From Octopus sinensis (lineage: Eukaryota), in the NCBI RefSeq assembly GCF_006345805.1, contig NC_042998.1, forward strand, positions 110,360,001 through 110,424,000: a stretch of 64,000 nt of DNA, written 5' to 3'. The notes below the pieces were generated by a model that was not told where the DNA came from, ran no database searches, and saw nothing but the letters and a program-made list of their open reading frames with translations. The position numbers and the translations under genes were made by a program. How positions within the stretch are numbered: position 1 is the first letter of the stretch; every line of letters begins with the position of its first letter. Shown one piece after another: positions 15,000 to 27,714 of this stretch.

Positions 15000-15720
15000 C
15001 TCAGTACATAAAGATCTGGAGACGAATTTGTAAGAAGCGAAGTTAAAAAGGTATTAGGGACAAGTTGATAAATTAAAGGAGAGGAATTTCAGAACGAATG
15101 CATGGAGAAAAGACTGGAAAAATCATGATAAAGAGATAAAGGACATGATGTAATATTGGAAGAATGGTAATAAGGAGCGGTAGTAAGCATGGCAGTAGTA
15201 AGAGCAGTCATAAGCAGTAATAGCATGGCAAAACTGAACATATGTGACAATAGAATAAAACAATTCAGGCAGAAGAGATTGTTTGAAGCCAATCAGAAAA
15301 GAAGTGTTTAAAGAACCACGTGGCCAATTACATCTAACAATGTCACCTGATATGGAAGAAAATAAAACATTTGGGTGGGTGGGGTAATCTAGTATCACCT
15401 GTAAAACATAATGATAAAGCGGAGTGTCTAGATGAAATCCAATATAGGCAAAGAAATATAAAATGACAAGACAATAAAAAAATAAATACAGAAAAAAAAT
15501 TAAAAAAACACATACGCACGTAAGTAAAGTTCCAAACTGGAAGAGCCCCAGGCCGGATGGTGTCCAGGGTTATTGAATGAGGAATCTAAGAGGTCTCCAC
15601 GATAAAATAACAATACAGCTGGATAAGTGCTTGCAGGAAGTCTCGGTATTCAGCTGTATGAGAAAGGGCAAGATATTGATATATATCAAGGATGTTTAAA
15701 AGAAAATCAGATGGAATAAT
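15000..15720 (+). mobile_element. R4/Dong-type non-LTR retrotransposon fragment (pre-RT and RT domain 0), decayed
   Basis: AKLNICDNRIKQFRQKRLFEANQKR and PNWKSP/GPDGVQGY*MRNLRGLHDKITIQLDKCL match R4-clade RIxQYRQNRLFxxNQK and NWKAPGPDGxQGFWxK motifs. Confidence 0.75.
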
Positions 15721-16419
15721 TTTGTTTCAGTGTTTTTCATGTATTCATGCATGCTTCCACCCGTTTATCGTGGGTATAGTGAAGAAACATCCAAGGTCAT
15801 CACAGTTTTCAATACTACTTTGGTGCTGAGAAAAATTGTTAATTTCGGACACAAAATCAAAAGTATCTCGAATATACTACAGGGAGTAAGCCATCTACCC
15901 ATTCCGAAATTTTGGCTGTGTAGCATGCATACTCGCTGCAAATTGGGAGCAATGGAGGAAATTTTTTGAACTTTTTTCTTGTATTTTAGATCATAAAATG
16001 CAGGCATTCTTTGTTCTGATCAAAAATCCTAGATTTATTGCCACTTATGTTTTTCTACATATCCAAAATTATTTTATCAAGTTACTCTCTGTAGTTGAGG
16101 TTTCGATTGGAATCCAATTATGCCAGATTTGATCATCATCGTTTTCAATAAACGTGAGGTTTTTTCTTTTTATTCTTCGTTACCATCTTTAAAAAAAAAA
16201 CCTTAAGCTTGTGACGGCGGACAGACTGAAATAAAAACTTCTAGTTGTCTTTCTAGGAATACGCATTTCTGGGTGGATGTTAAAAAGTGATGATTGATTT
16301 TATGTTGCACCGAATAATAAAAACGTTTAAAAATCTGGCAGTTACCTAAAATTATTGCGTGTTTACCTTCGTGGAGAGTAAAGTCAACCTTTATAAATTA
16401 CTCCTCCACCTCCTCCTCA

Positions 16420-16420
16420 T

Positions 16421-16482
<62 letters not shown>

Positions 16483-16533
16483 ACTACTACTACTAATACT
16501 AATAATAATAATAATAATAATAATAATAGTAAT
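16420..16533. repeat. (CTA)n/(TAA)n microsatellite
   Basis: Directly visible. Confidence 0.95.
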
Positions 16534-16534
16534 G

Positions 16535-16925
16535 AAGAAGCAGAGTGCTCACCCAGCACAATGATCCAGTGAAATGCTTTACCGATTGGCCTGTCTCTAT
16601 CAAATCTGAATATATACAGAGGCAGGATGATTTTGGCTGTTACATCCTACTTTGCTCTATGCCATCTCTTCGATGTGAAATCAAATATGAAATGGTACAA
16701 GCATATACTCGACAGGGTTCATGAAAACGACTTGACCATCATGATCTGGGATATGCTCAACCAAAGTGGCAATTATATCAAGGAAAACCGTCGGCACATA
16801 ATAATAAAGATTGGGAGAGAAAAGTCATGCATAATAATAGACATTGAAATTCCTTCTGAGAAAAATATTTCCGAAAGGAAGTGGAGAAATTTGCATAATA
16901 CAAGGGCATTGAAACTGAACTAACA
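16535..16925 (+). mobile_element. R4/Dong-type REL endonuclease fragment, decayed
   Basis: KWYKHILDRVHEND..MIWDM..IKENRRHIIIK..EKSCIIIDIEIPSEKNISE resembles WYxHxPxxVxENxxxxILWD..NRPDI..IDxAxPxDxN..EKxxKY. Confidence 0.75.
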
Positions 16926-16989
16926 CAGTACTGCCCATACCTTAGGAGCGCTATAGTTGAACAACGGTGTGGATGTTAGTTAAATACAT

Positions 16990-17135
16990 ACATTTCAGCA
17001 CAGGCTGTTACTATATTTTATCGGCCACGAAGAGATGAAAAGCAAAGTTCGCCTTGGTCGGAATTTGAGCGCTGAACGTAGCGAGCCGAAAGAAACACTG
17101 TAAAGGATTTTCCACGACTCTCCAGTGATTTCACC
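16990..17135 (-). mobile_element. SINE with Nin/Deu-like domain (second family), decayed
   Basis: Reverse complement gives caaattccgaccaaggcgaactttgcttttcatctcttcgtggccgataaaat, homologous to the copies at 57225-57595. Confidence 0.6.
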
Positions 17136-18134
17136 TGATCGTTAAGAATAAAAAAAAAAGAAGAAGGCGGGGAGGAAGAAAGGTAATGGAGCGGGGGAAC
17201 GCAATTTTTTACATAAAAATAGCACCAACAATTAAAGAAATAGTCGAAGAAAAATGTCATAAATGCGTGAATATGAAATAATGCATTATTCATGATGGCA
17301 TCTGGTCAGGATGTTGTCATTTATTCCTGTTTATCTTTTCAGTTGGTTTTACTTTGGGACAAACTAACAGCAGGCTCTGGAGAAAGATGGAGAACTATTG
17401 TTACACATGATTACCGCTTTCTTCAAGCTTCGTTAAATTCGTCTAGCTGTTTTAGAATTTAGAAACTATATGATAAAAACATAAAATGATATATAATTGT
17501 AATAATTAGAATGGAAGAATAACCTATCGGTAAGTTTAATATGTTGAAAAATGTTTCAATGATACCAAAAATATTTATGTAATTTTGGTAGCGATTGCTT
17601 CAGGCAATCTGTTTTCAAATTCTTTCTGCAAAATAAACACGAAAGTTGAAAATGCTTGCATGCGAACATTATGTATATGTGTGTGTGTTATTAACGCAAA
17701 GTTCATCGTTAGTTATATAATGTTAATTACATAATTAGATCATTAGATAGTCAGAAACGTCAAAGATATTGAGTGTAACATTACTATATTGAAAATGTAG
17801 ATAGATGTCTTCATGGAGAAGGCAAACAATTGTACTCAGCTTGTTGGGGTACTTTATATATATATAATCAGATAGAGGTAAATTTAGATAGAACAGAATA
17901 GCAGAGATATAGAGGAGAAACTATTTTGCTAGAGAGGATGATAGTATAAATGAGCCAGACCACATTCTGATTCATAGTTTCATTGAATTTTAGTACCAGT
18001 TGTTTTTCTTCAATGGTCCTTGATTATCATAGTAAGGATTATAGATTGCCCTAAAGAGTATCGTTTGTTCAGCTGTATATCATATATACAAATACAAACA
18101 TTGTTTCATATATATATATATATATATAAATATT

Positions 18135-18520
18135 CCCAGCCGTATGGTTCAGGGTTCAGTCACATTGCGTTGTATCTTGGGCAAGTGACTTCTAATGTAG
18201 CCTCGAGTCAACCAAAGTCTTATGAGTGGATTTGGTAAACGGTAACTGAAAGAAGCCCTTCGTATGTATATGTATTTATAACTATGTGAGTGTGTCTTTC
18301 TATCTGTGTCTGTCCCCTCCCCACTGCTTGGAACCGGTGTTGGTGTATTCACATCCACGTAACCTAGCTGTTGGACAAAAGAGACTGATAGAATAAATAC
18401 TAGGCTTAAAAATAAGTTCTGGTGTCGATTTCTTCGACCAAAACCCTTCAAGGCGGTGCTCCAGCATGGCGCAGTCAAATGACTGAAGCAGGTAAAAGAA
18501 TAAATGAATAAAAGAATACG
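18135..18520 (+). mobile_element. tRNA-derived SINE (cephalopod-type), 5' end eroded
   Basis: B-box-like gggttcagtc, core gagtggatttggtaaacggtaactgaaagaagccc, tail aaggcggtgctccagcatggcgcagtcaaatgactgaa; homologous to 55372-55762. Confidence 0.88.
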
Positions 18521-18601
18521 AATAGATTATAAAGCTTGAAAGGGACGGTTAGAGGTTTGCGAAACTTTAACTCGCGTGAAACTGAATCAAACTGTTTTAG
18601 G

Positions 18602-18647
<46 letters not shown>

Positions 18648-18699
18648 AAACATACACACACGCACACGCATACACACATACACATATATATGTTAAATA

Positions 18700-20000
18700 A
18701 AATAAGACAACAATACCAAGGCTGTGTTGAACTTGTAGGACATTTATGAATAGAAAGGTAGTCTTACAGCTGTTTCTGGGATATTAGGGATATCTCTTCA
18801 TCAGAGACGACACGAGAGCGTTCGATATAAGGAGAAATAAAGAGAAATAAGTATAAAAAGAAATAAGAGAATAAAAATAAAAGTAGGACGCTACAGTTGT
18901 AGTTCTATTACCCAAGAAAGTGCTGTGTAGACGGGTAGAAATGCTTCTTATGGTATGTAGATGCCGATAGGAGTTCATAGTTTGTTATTACGAGTGGATA
19001 GTGTGGAGATATAAATCCCATGTGCTGTTCAATCAAAGAGGTGTTGTGGTGTGAATGAAATTTTGAGATTGTACTGGTAGGGGTAAAAAGATAAAGAGAA
19101 GAGAACAGATATGTATGTTAGGGGAGAATGGTATTAGTGAAAAGGAATAGGTGAGGAAAGAAGAAAGAAGAAGAAAAATGAAAAAGTGTGTTAGATGGTG
19201 GTCAAGACATTGTGAGGGGGTTGCCAAACGAGAGCTATCAGGATAAAAGGAATAGGGGAGGGATAGAAGGAAGAGATAAGAATGTAAGGAAGAAATATAT
19301 GTGAGAAATGAGAGGTGGTGTGATGTGTTTGAAAGGCACTAAGGTGGAGAGATAGGCAAAGAAATGGAACGGGGGTGTACTAAAGTGAGTAGTAAACCTC
19401 AAAAAAGAAGACAAGAATTATAAGAAATATTGGTCAAGTTTCTAAAAATAGACGTGGGTCTTTATTGTGCTACCTAAAGTAATAGTGGGGTCTGGTGAAT
19501 CATAGAGAGAAAGAAAGATGTATATATAGAGCTACACACGCGCGCACACATATACATTTTAAGTATATATATTCACTATTATAAGACTGCATGCTTATAG
19601 ATGTATTATTAAACAATTACAAAATTAAAATTAAAAATTGAAAAGTTATTACCTAAGGGTTGTTCGGTGTATGTACTGTGCGGTGAACAAGGTTGCATTT
19701 AGGTTTGTGGTAAAATTTGAAGGTATGAAAAAAGCTGTTTTTGCATGTACCCAGGGCCTCATTATACTTATTTAGTAGTATTGAATCGTTGTATTTTAAT
19801 ATGTGGAATGCCTCTTTTAAGCACAACTTATAGGCTGAGAGTTGACCTTGGTATGAAAGTCTTGAATCTGTTATGGACCATGACAAGTTATATGGAATAT
19901 TCCTATTTTTGAGATGATGAATGTGACTGACGAGGGTTGTGGATTTACTCTGTTTCTCATATCTAAGAGAACTGAGACGCGTAGCGTACTGCTGTTTAAA
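18700..20000 (-). mobile_element. Penelope-like element 3' part: GIY-YIG C-terminus (19720-20000), pyrimidine-rich UTR, terminal HHR
   Basis: Minus strand FKQQYATRLSSLRYEKQSKSTTLVSHIHHLKNRNIPYNLSWSI..LCLKEAFHILKY..LLNKYNEALGTC; co-oriented HHR at 18761-18808. Confidence 0.75.
18761..18808 (-). ncRNA. Minimal type-I hammerhead ribozyme
   Basis: Minus strand: GUCU CUGAUGA agagauaucccuaauauccca GAAA CAGCUG UA AGAC. Helix I GUCU/AGAC, intact core boxes, helix II gauau/auauc, palindromic helix III. Confidence 0.8.
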
Positions 20001-20014
20001 ATTTAAACATTGAT

Positions 20015-20058
<44 letters not shown>

Positions 20059-20330
20059 ATAAGTAATCTTGTGTATGAAAATATGCATATATGTATGCGT
20101 ACGTGTATGTATACATATATAGAAAAATAGATAGGTGTACGTGTGTATATATAAATATGTCTATATGAATGTGTGTATTATGCAACAAAAGCAGTTATAG
20201 AACTAGATACTAACAGATTTAGATTCAGGAATTTAGGAAATTTCAGTTAGATTATTTATTTTTTCTTAAGCTTACCCTTAAAAAATGTTTGTTTTTTTTA
20301 AGCGTTAGCAATTATAAAGTGTTTCAAGTT

Positions 20331-20494
20331 CTATTTTCGTGAAATATTTAAGATATGTCTATCTGATGAAACCTCATTATATTTAAAACGGTATATTATT
20401 ATTCTTGAAATGTTTGTTTGTATTAATGATGCTGAAACAGGTATAACTTACAAGATGTGTCATTTGTTTGCATAATAATAATGTAGAATTGAAT
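20331..20494 (+). repeat. Dispersed ~160 bp repeat with HHR-like cores; second copy at 62281-62445 (minus)
   Basis: gatatgtctatCTGATGAaacctcattatattt...taatgatgctGAAAcaggtaTA...atgtgtcatttgttt aligns by eye with the reverse complement of 62281-62445. Confidence 0.7.
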
Positions 20495-20709
20495 TTATCA
20501 TTAAATGATTAAATTCTTTAATTGTTCAATTTCTTATTTTGGCATCCATTTCTAATATGTACATATATATTTACACACACACACACAAACACACAAAAAT
20601 ACACACACACACACACACGCACACACACACAAACATACACACACACACACATATATATATACATAATACATACATACATACATACATACATACATACATA
20701 CATACATAC

Positions 20710-20741
<32 letters not shown>

Positions 20742-20745
<4 letters not shown>

Positions 20746-21252
20746 CGTCAGAATTAGGGATTCTCGATCAGTACTTTTCGGACGATCAAGGTTCCTGTCA
20801 GTTTATACGTTTACATTTACGTGCGTTGACTACAGCATGAAAGCATATTAGCACTTATTTCTGGCAATGTAGGTGTTTCTATCACCCCAGTCACATTCAG
20901 AAACAATTATGATTTCTTTTTTCGTGAAAAATTGTAAACTGCTGGTTATATTAATTTTATAGATGCACATTATCGAATCGGTAAATTATACATTAATTTG
21001 GTTGAGGAAAACATATATACTAATACTCAATATAATCCGAAAATAGCCGGAGTTCGAACCAGTCCTAACTGACGAAGCAACGGAAATTACCGAAACTGAT
21101 GACCGTATTAGGAATTCGCGATTGGCATTTTTCGGACGATTGAGGTCCTTGTTAGTGTATATATTTACATTTATGCGCATGAGGACATCTTAGCTCTTAT
21201 TTCTAGCAATGTAGGTGTTTCTAATACCCTAGTTACATTTATTGACAATTAT
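20742..21252 (+). repeat. Direct repeat pair (20742-20910 and 21099-21252, ~354 bp period) with HHR at 21063-21113
   Basis: Shared blocks ttttcggacgat, tttacattta, cttatttct(g/a)gcaatgtaggtgtttcta. HHR: UCCUAA CUGACGA ... GAAA ... UA UUAGGA. Confidence 0.8.
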
Positions 21253-21279
21253 ATATACATATATATAGATCAAATTTAT

Positions 21280-21440
21280 AGAAAAACAAAGAGAAAGACA
21301 GGTGTAGGAACAACAAGCAAACGTATTAGTTTGACGTTCGAGAAAATACAAAAGACTTTTACGTTTTGAGGCTAAGCTCTTCGACAGAAATTAATACGAG
21401 GAAATAAATAGAGAGTGAGAGAGAGAGAGAATGAAAAAAC
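21280..21440 (-). mobile_element. PLE terminal (pLTR) fragment with variant HHR, same family as 50050-50220
   Basis: aagacaggtg..aacaa..tattag...cttttacgttttgaggctaagctcttcgacagaaa aligns to 50075-50175. Confidence 0.65.
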
Positions 21441-22150
21441 GTGTTGCGTTCTGTGGTCCAAATGGAGAATGTATACATATATATATATATGTGTGTGGTG
21501 TGTGTGTATATACATACAAAAATATATAAATTTAGCTCTTCAATATTGAGAAAGGATTTTACTATTTATTTGCAGATAAGGCTGCATTCATCATGTCTCT
21601 TTTTTGAAAGAGAGAAGTATTTCGTTAGTTTTACAATAAAATACATTACATAACAAGTATTAATGTTTCCAAATGTAAATATACATGAAGAAATATTCTA
21701 TAAATTGACCAAACCATATAATTTCCACGCGTATATTAAAAGCAATTTCGTAAACTATATTTATTTACACTTTCCTACATATCATAGATGTTTTAAAATT
21801 TTTTATAGAAATAACATTAAGGAAAGCTTTCACAATGTAATACTTCCCCACAACATAGATATATTTATTTCCTTAACCAAAACAAGTACCCACTACCCGA
21901 GAAATGTGTTACCATAGCTCCATTCTGTTTTTACTGAATTTCTATTGCAAAATAATTGTGCACCTGTAAGGGAAGACATCTTAATCAAAATATGCAATAA
22001 CGAATCTGAAAACAACCTTACCACATGCTTTAAGGAAGTAACACGTAGTTTATTTAAAAAGGAAAATGAGAGAGGTACATGGCGCTTTAATTCTGTTGGT
22101 GGTTCCTCCATGAAGTTACCAATTATGCGCATACGATACTTCGTTTTGCT

Positions 22151-22198
22151 AATTCTTTGGCCTCATGAATAGCTAGCTATTCATGAGGCCAAAGAATT
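22151..22198. repeat. Perfect 48-bp palindrome
   Basis: aattctttggcctcatgaatagct|agctattcatgaggccaaagaatt; the halves are exact reverse complements with no spacer. Confidence 0.97.
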
Positions 22199-23477
22199 TT
22201 ATGAAGTTTACACTACGGTTAAGGAATCCCAAGTCAAATTCGACGGGCGAGTTAGCTTAGGATTCCTTAAGGACAATGTAACGTTCATATACACTTAAGA
22301 TATCTTCGGTTTGTTGGGTAACTAGTTGAGTACTCCACATGGAGTAATTATTACATCACAGGATCTGCTAGGTAGTAAATACACACACACATAAGAAACG
22401 CGTTGGAATCCTTAGATCTAAAAAGAATGTGAGATCTTTCAGCAATGCATACGTTGCATTTCTTAGATCCATTTACATAAGCATGGATTTTTCTACAGTT
22501 CTACACCTGATTGTAAATGATGTGCAGTTGGAACTCAAACCCTATAGGTAGATAGCAAACTTATTAGGTTTATTTTTGTCGATGTGCTAAATAAGTTCTC
22601 TAATCACAGCAACTGGGAACTCATATTTTCATACTGTGTACTTTAGATATTTTTCTCTCACTGAAAGGAGTGCTATTTGTTGATCATACCTTAACGGAAC
22701 AGTAAACTATACAAATACCGTATGTATATACATATACGCATTTACATATATGTATATACATACACACATATACGTATCTGACAAGTTATATAAAAATATC
22801 TATAGTACTTCAGGTTTTGTGTGTAATAAATTATCTGCATCATTAAAAGCATAAAACCCGATTCGTATCTATCTTCATCATCATCATTGGAGACCAATCT
22901 ATTGCTTTTAACAGTATCACTTGAAGAATTCAACTATCCAGTATAAATACACACATATATTTATTTACAGCATCCCTATTCATAAGCATACTTGTGTCGC
23001 CTTTTCGGTGTCTTCAACACGATTTCTTTTGTTATCCTTGTACCAGCTTGTTTTTCATTCTGTTGCTCAATCGGTCGCCTATGAGTTTTGGTTTTCTCTC
23101 AGTATGAATTTCTTTCTATTTATTACCTGCATAGTGAGTTTTAAAGTATCTATATTTGCCTGATTCCTTTTTTATCTCACTATTTACCATCGTACTTTTA
23201 CGTAGCAACAAGCAAACTTTAATTCTAAGTAACATAAATATTTTTCCATATACGCATACACAGGCACACGCTCCTTACAACATTTTTTTCATACGCACGT
23301 ATATATCCACCGCATAAATAATCCATATATCCATACATTAAACATAACGATGTTAACAAAACTCAACTCATATATTATGAAGCATATCTCTATGGTACGG
23401 TACAGACACATCCATATATGTGTGCGTGCATTTGTATATGTTAGCATATGATATAAACGAAATAGAAAGTCTTTATA

Positions 23478-23560
<83 letters not shown>

Positions 23561-24314
23561 GTGTCTTATATGCCAACATGTAGATTCGCCGTTCCTTATT
23601 TCCGAAACTATACACTTCACACTGTTCAGAATATTTATCTTAGTCACATTACCTCATTTTTACTTCGCAGGGAACACGATCATAATCCGAACAATATTTG
23701 CATTTCACTTCCTCTTAGTCACTTACAAACATCCTTCTAATCATCTACGCATGCATTAACCTACACATATATACAAAAATAGCACGCGCGCACACATACA
23801 TATTACAAATATATATACACACACACATACCCATACATACACAAACACACCTTCCGACTCATAGAGACATATAGTCATAAATACATGCATACATACACGT
23901 ACTTCAAATATTAAGTTATCTTAAGTCATTTTGTGAAAATTCAAAGAGAACCATTCACTAAATCTTTATCAAATAGAAGCGTCTAACGATCTGATTGCCA
24001 AGCCTGGACTAATCCAATATAATCTAAAGTCATTATATTTATGTGTAATGCTGTATAAAACTCACAGTCTCTTTTTGTCTGTCTTATTCCTTCTGCTCTC
24101 TCTCAATCTCTCTCATTCTTTCTCCTCCTTTCTCTATGTTTATCAAACGTCTATTAGTCTCTCTATCAATCAACTTGTTTTCGTCTGCGTTTGGGTTATT
24201 ATCTCTCTAACACTTTTTCTATTTATGTCATACTATCTATATTTGTATATATGCATGTGTATATGCGTGTATCTATATGTGTATGTATGTATGCTATATC
24301 TATGCAAATAAGTT

Positions 24315-24383
<69 letters not shown>

Positions 24384-24975
24384 GTTATATAAGTTTTTGC
24401 ATATATATGTGTGTGTGTGTGTGCGTATGTTGTAAGTGTATGTGTATGTATATATATATATTTATATGTATATATGCATATATTTGTATACATACATTTA
24501 TGAATATGTGTATATGTGAGAGAGCTTCTGCGCATATATATGAAGACATATGAGTGTGATCGTGTATATATTTGTAAACGTGTCGGTATCTATGTAAGAA
24601 AGTATTTATATGTACAGACACTACTAGAGATGCACTGGTCATTCTTAATAGAAGGAATATCGACCAGTGTTAGACATCTAGACGACTGTGTAAGCTCTGA
24701 GCCAGCCTCCTTTGCTTACTTTTAGTTTCTTCCTGGATCGCTTTACCACTCTTCTTCCTCTCCCATAATGTTCGTGCAAGTCTTTCATTCTCTTTTAGTT
24801 TAAGTCATTCATGGTATTTAAAATCTTTTTATTTTTATTAAATACATTTTGTATTTTTAATTTATCACAGTGTTACTCTTACATATATGTGTACATTCTT
24901 ATGATACTCACACACTCACACGTACATACATGCATACATACTACATACATACTTACTTACATAAATACATACATG

Positions 24976-25029
<54 letters not shown>

Positions 25030-25275
25030 GTGTGACTAATAAGTCATAGGAATAGACAGTCACACGCATATATATAACTAATATCCAGGCATATATTCAT
25101 AAGCTACGGATAAAAATACATTAAAGCAAGTGTATCTCAGAGTCGCACAATAGAAGTGTGTGTAGAGGAAAATATTATACTACCATAATTATATATTTAT
25201 TGAATGTACAGCAGAGTGGAAACACACGCACACACACACACAAGCACACACACACATATACACCCACACACCCAC

Positions 25276-25309
<34 letters not shown>

Positions 25310-25418
25310 TGTACGTACATTATAAATATTGCTATTATTCTACATCTCCCTTTCTCTGTCTATATGTCTGTCGGGCCGTCTGTCTTTCTATCTATTATAC
25401 ATACATACATGCATACCC

Positions 25419-25449
<31 letters not shown>

Positions 25450-26589
25450 CGCGCGTATATATATATATATGTTTATATGCATATATTTATATATGTTTAT
25501 ATGCATATATTTTTATACACTTATGTGTATATGCATGTGTGTATGTATGTATATATATACATATATGTATGGATGAATATATAATGTGCGTACGTTTGTA
25601 TATTTGCGTGCGAATGTATATTTATTAAATGCCTTGTGAAGACTATCAGTATTATATTCATACATACATAAGTATATGATGATATCCATAGATCCACATG
25701 CATGTTTGTACGTACGTATGTATATAGATATATGTGCACGTATCTATTTATCTATCTATCTACCTATCTATCTATCGATCTGTTCGTCTGTCTGTCTGTC
25801 CTCTGCCTGTATGTATGTATGTATGTATGTATGTATATATGTATGTATATGTATATTTATATAAATGCGTGCGTATGCGTGTGAGTCTGCGTGCCAGTGC
25901 AGTTTTATGCTATTTTTATAGTCCTTTTCCCAGGCGCTTAGTCTTCTTATATATTATTTCTACTTTATCGAACTGTTTGGGATTCGTCTTCTTGCAGCCA
26001 TCCATGAAAACTGTATGTCTTTCTATTAGAGGGAAAACACATCAAAATATAAATGGAAGAGACAAAGTCAATCATTGGAGAGATCGAGACATCAATCTTT
26101 GTTACAGTCATAATAAGTAATAGTTATGATTCTATAGTTATTTGATGGCTTGCTTGGCTGCTTGACTGGTGGGTTCGTTGGTCACAGGACCAATCAGGGT
26201 TAATAAGGCCAACATGGGTCGAGGAATGAATATAGATTGTAGATAATAAAAATCTGTCGAAATTATTGCTACAAATAATTCATTTCTTCTTTAATAGATT
26301 TGGCTTTGAAACGAAAAGGAAATAACACTTTTGTAAAACTATTGAATTACTTTGTGATGATATTTCATGTAAATAGTACTAATTTGAATAAAACTAATAC
26401 TATAACAAATCGACCACTCTAAAATACACATGCCTAATTCAGTTGGTAAAATCTAATAATAGTTTACTGATTTTCGGTGAAACGTTAGACCCGTCTATTA
26501 CTTTCGGATCCAATATCCTGTGAGGTCTTCAAGATATTATTTTGGTTGGACCCTACAGAGTATATATAGAAAATATATAGAATTACAGC

Positions 26590-27057
26590 AGGCTCAGGAA
26601 TGTCTGTGCAAGTAAGAAACTTCTTTTCCAGTCATGTGTTCTTGGGTGCAGCCCTATTTCGTGGGTATGTGTCTTTTATTATAGCTCTGGGCCGGTCAAA
26701 ATCTTCTGAGTGGATTTGGTAGACGGCAATATGAAAGAAGCCCATTGTATGTGTGAATTCATATATATATATGCATGTGTGTGTGTGTGTGGGGGGGGCT
26801 TTATGAGCATATGTGTGTGTCTGTGGATGTGTATATGTATTTTGTGGCTTTATGTTATGTTCCTTTCCCCAACGGCTAGACGTCCTGTAGCTGCTTACGT
26901 CCCTGTAAATTAGATTTCCGACAAATATAGACCGACAGAATAAAAATACCAAACTTTAAAAGTAAGTACAGCTGTTGATTTATTAGACTAAACGCATGAT
27001 GGCCAAGTATCACCATGACTGCATTCCAATAACTGAAACATATAGACGATAAAAGAT
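26590..27057 (+). mobile_element. tRNA-derived SINE, full-length but diverged
   Basis: Head aggctcaggaatgtctgtgcaagtaagaa, core gagtggatttggtagacggcaatatgaaagaagccc, internal (TG)n, tail gcattccaataactgaaac. Confidence 0.8.
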
Positions 27058-27596
27058 TACAGCATTGGATTAAGACACTATGAATTTAATTTCATACTTT
27101 CTATTTCTGTAGAAGCTAATCTGAACTTACTGAAAGAATCTACGAAACATTTATCATGTATATATGTTTCTATCCTAAAATTCGTCCCCGCAAATTCTGG
27201 CAGTCATCGTAGCAGAGCTTAAAATCATATAATATTCTGATACATCAGTGGTAGATTACACAATTCATGTTTCCTGGAATTTATATCAACACCTTTATGG
27301 TTGGATTTACCTTCTCTGAGAATTTAATAATCTTAAAATTTTTTTTTTTAAACTGTGCATTGTTGGAAAACATATAAGGTCTGTTTATTACCTTACTTGA
27401 AATTCATAGAACTCTCTCTGAATGCTTCATAAGGATATTTACACTTTCTAGGATGGTTGGAAAACATATACGTGATTTGGCTGATGAATACTTGACATTA
27501 TATTTGCTGTAATATTTGCAGCTTTAAATAAAAATGTTCTCAGTATGAAACAATCGTACCGAATTACTGATCCATTCTTGTTACTTTTTTCTTGGT

Positions 27597-27637
<41 letters not shown>

Positions 27638-27714
27638 TATATATATATATATATATAATATATATATATTATATACATGTGCATAATACATACATACGCG
27701 CACACACACATCAG

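Noticed and set aside
17343-17529. Plus-strand acceptor (tcttttcag) and donor (gtaagt) pair
   Set aside because: The frames examined contain stops; such sites are frequent by chance in AT-rich DNA. A non-coding exon cannot be excluded.
25933-26120. Signal-peptide-like stretch RLVFLYIISTLSNCLG after an acceptor-like site
   Set aside because: No donor or domain evidence.
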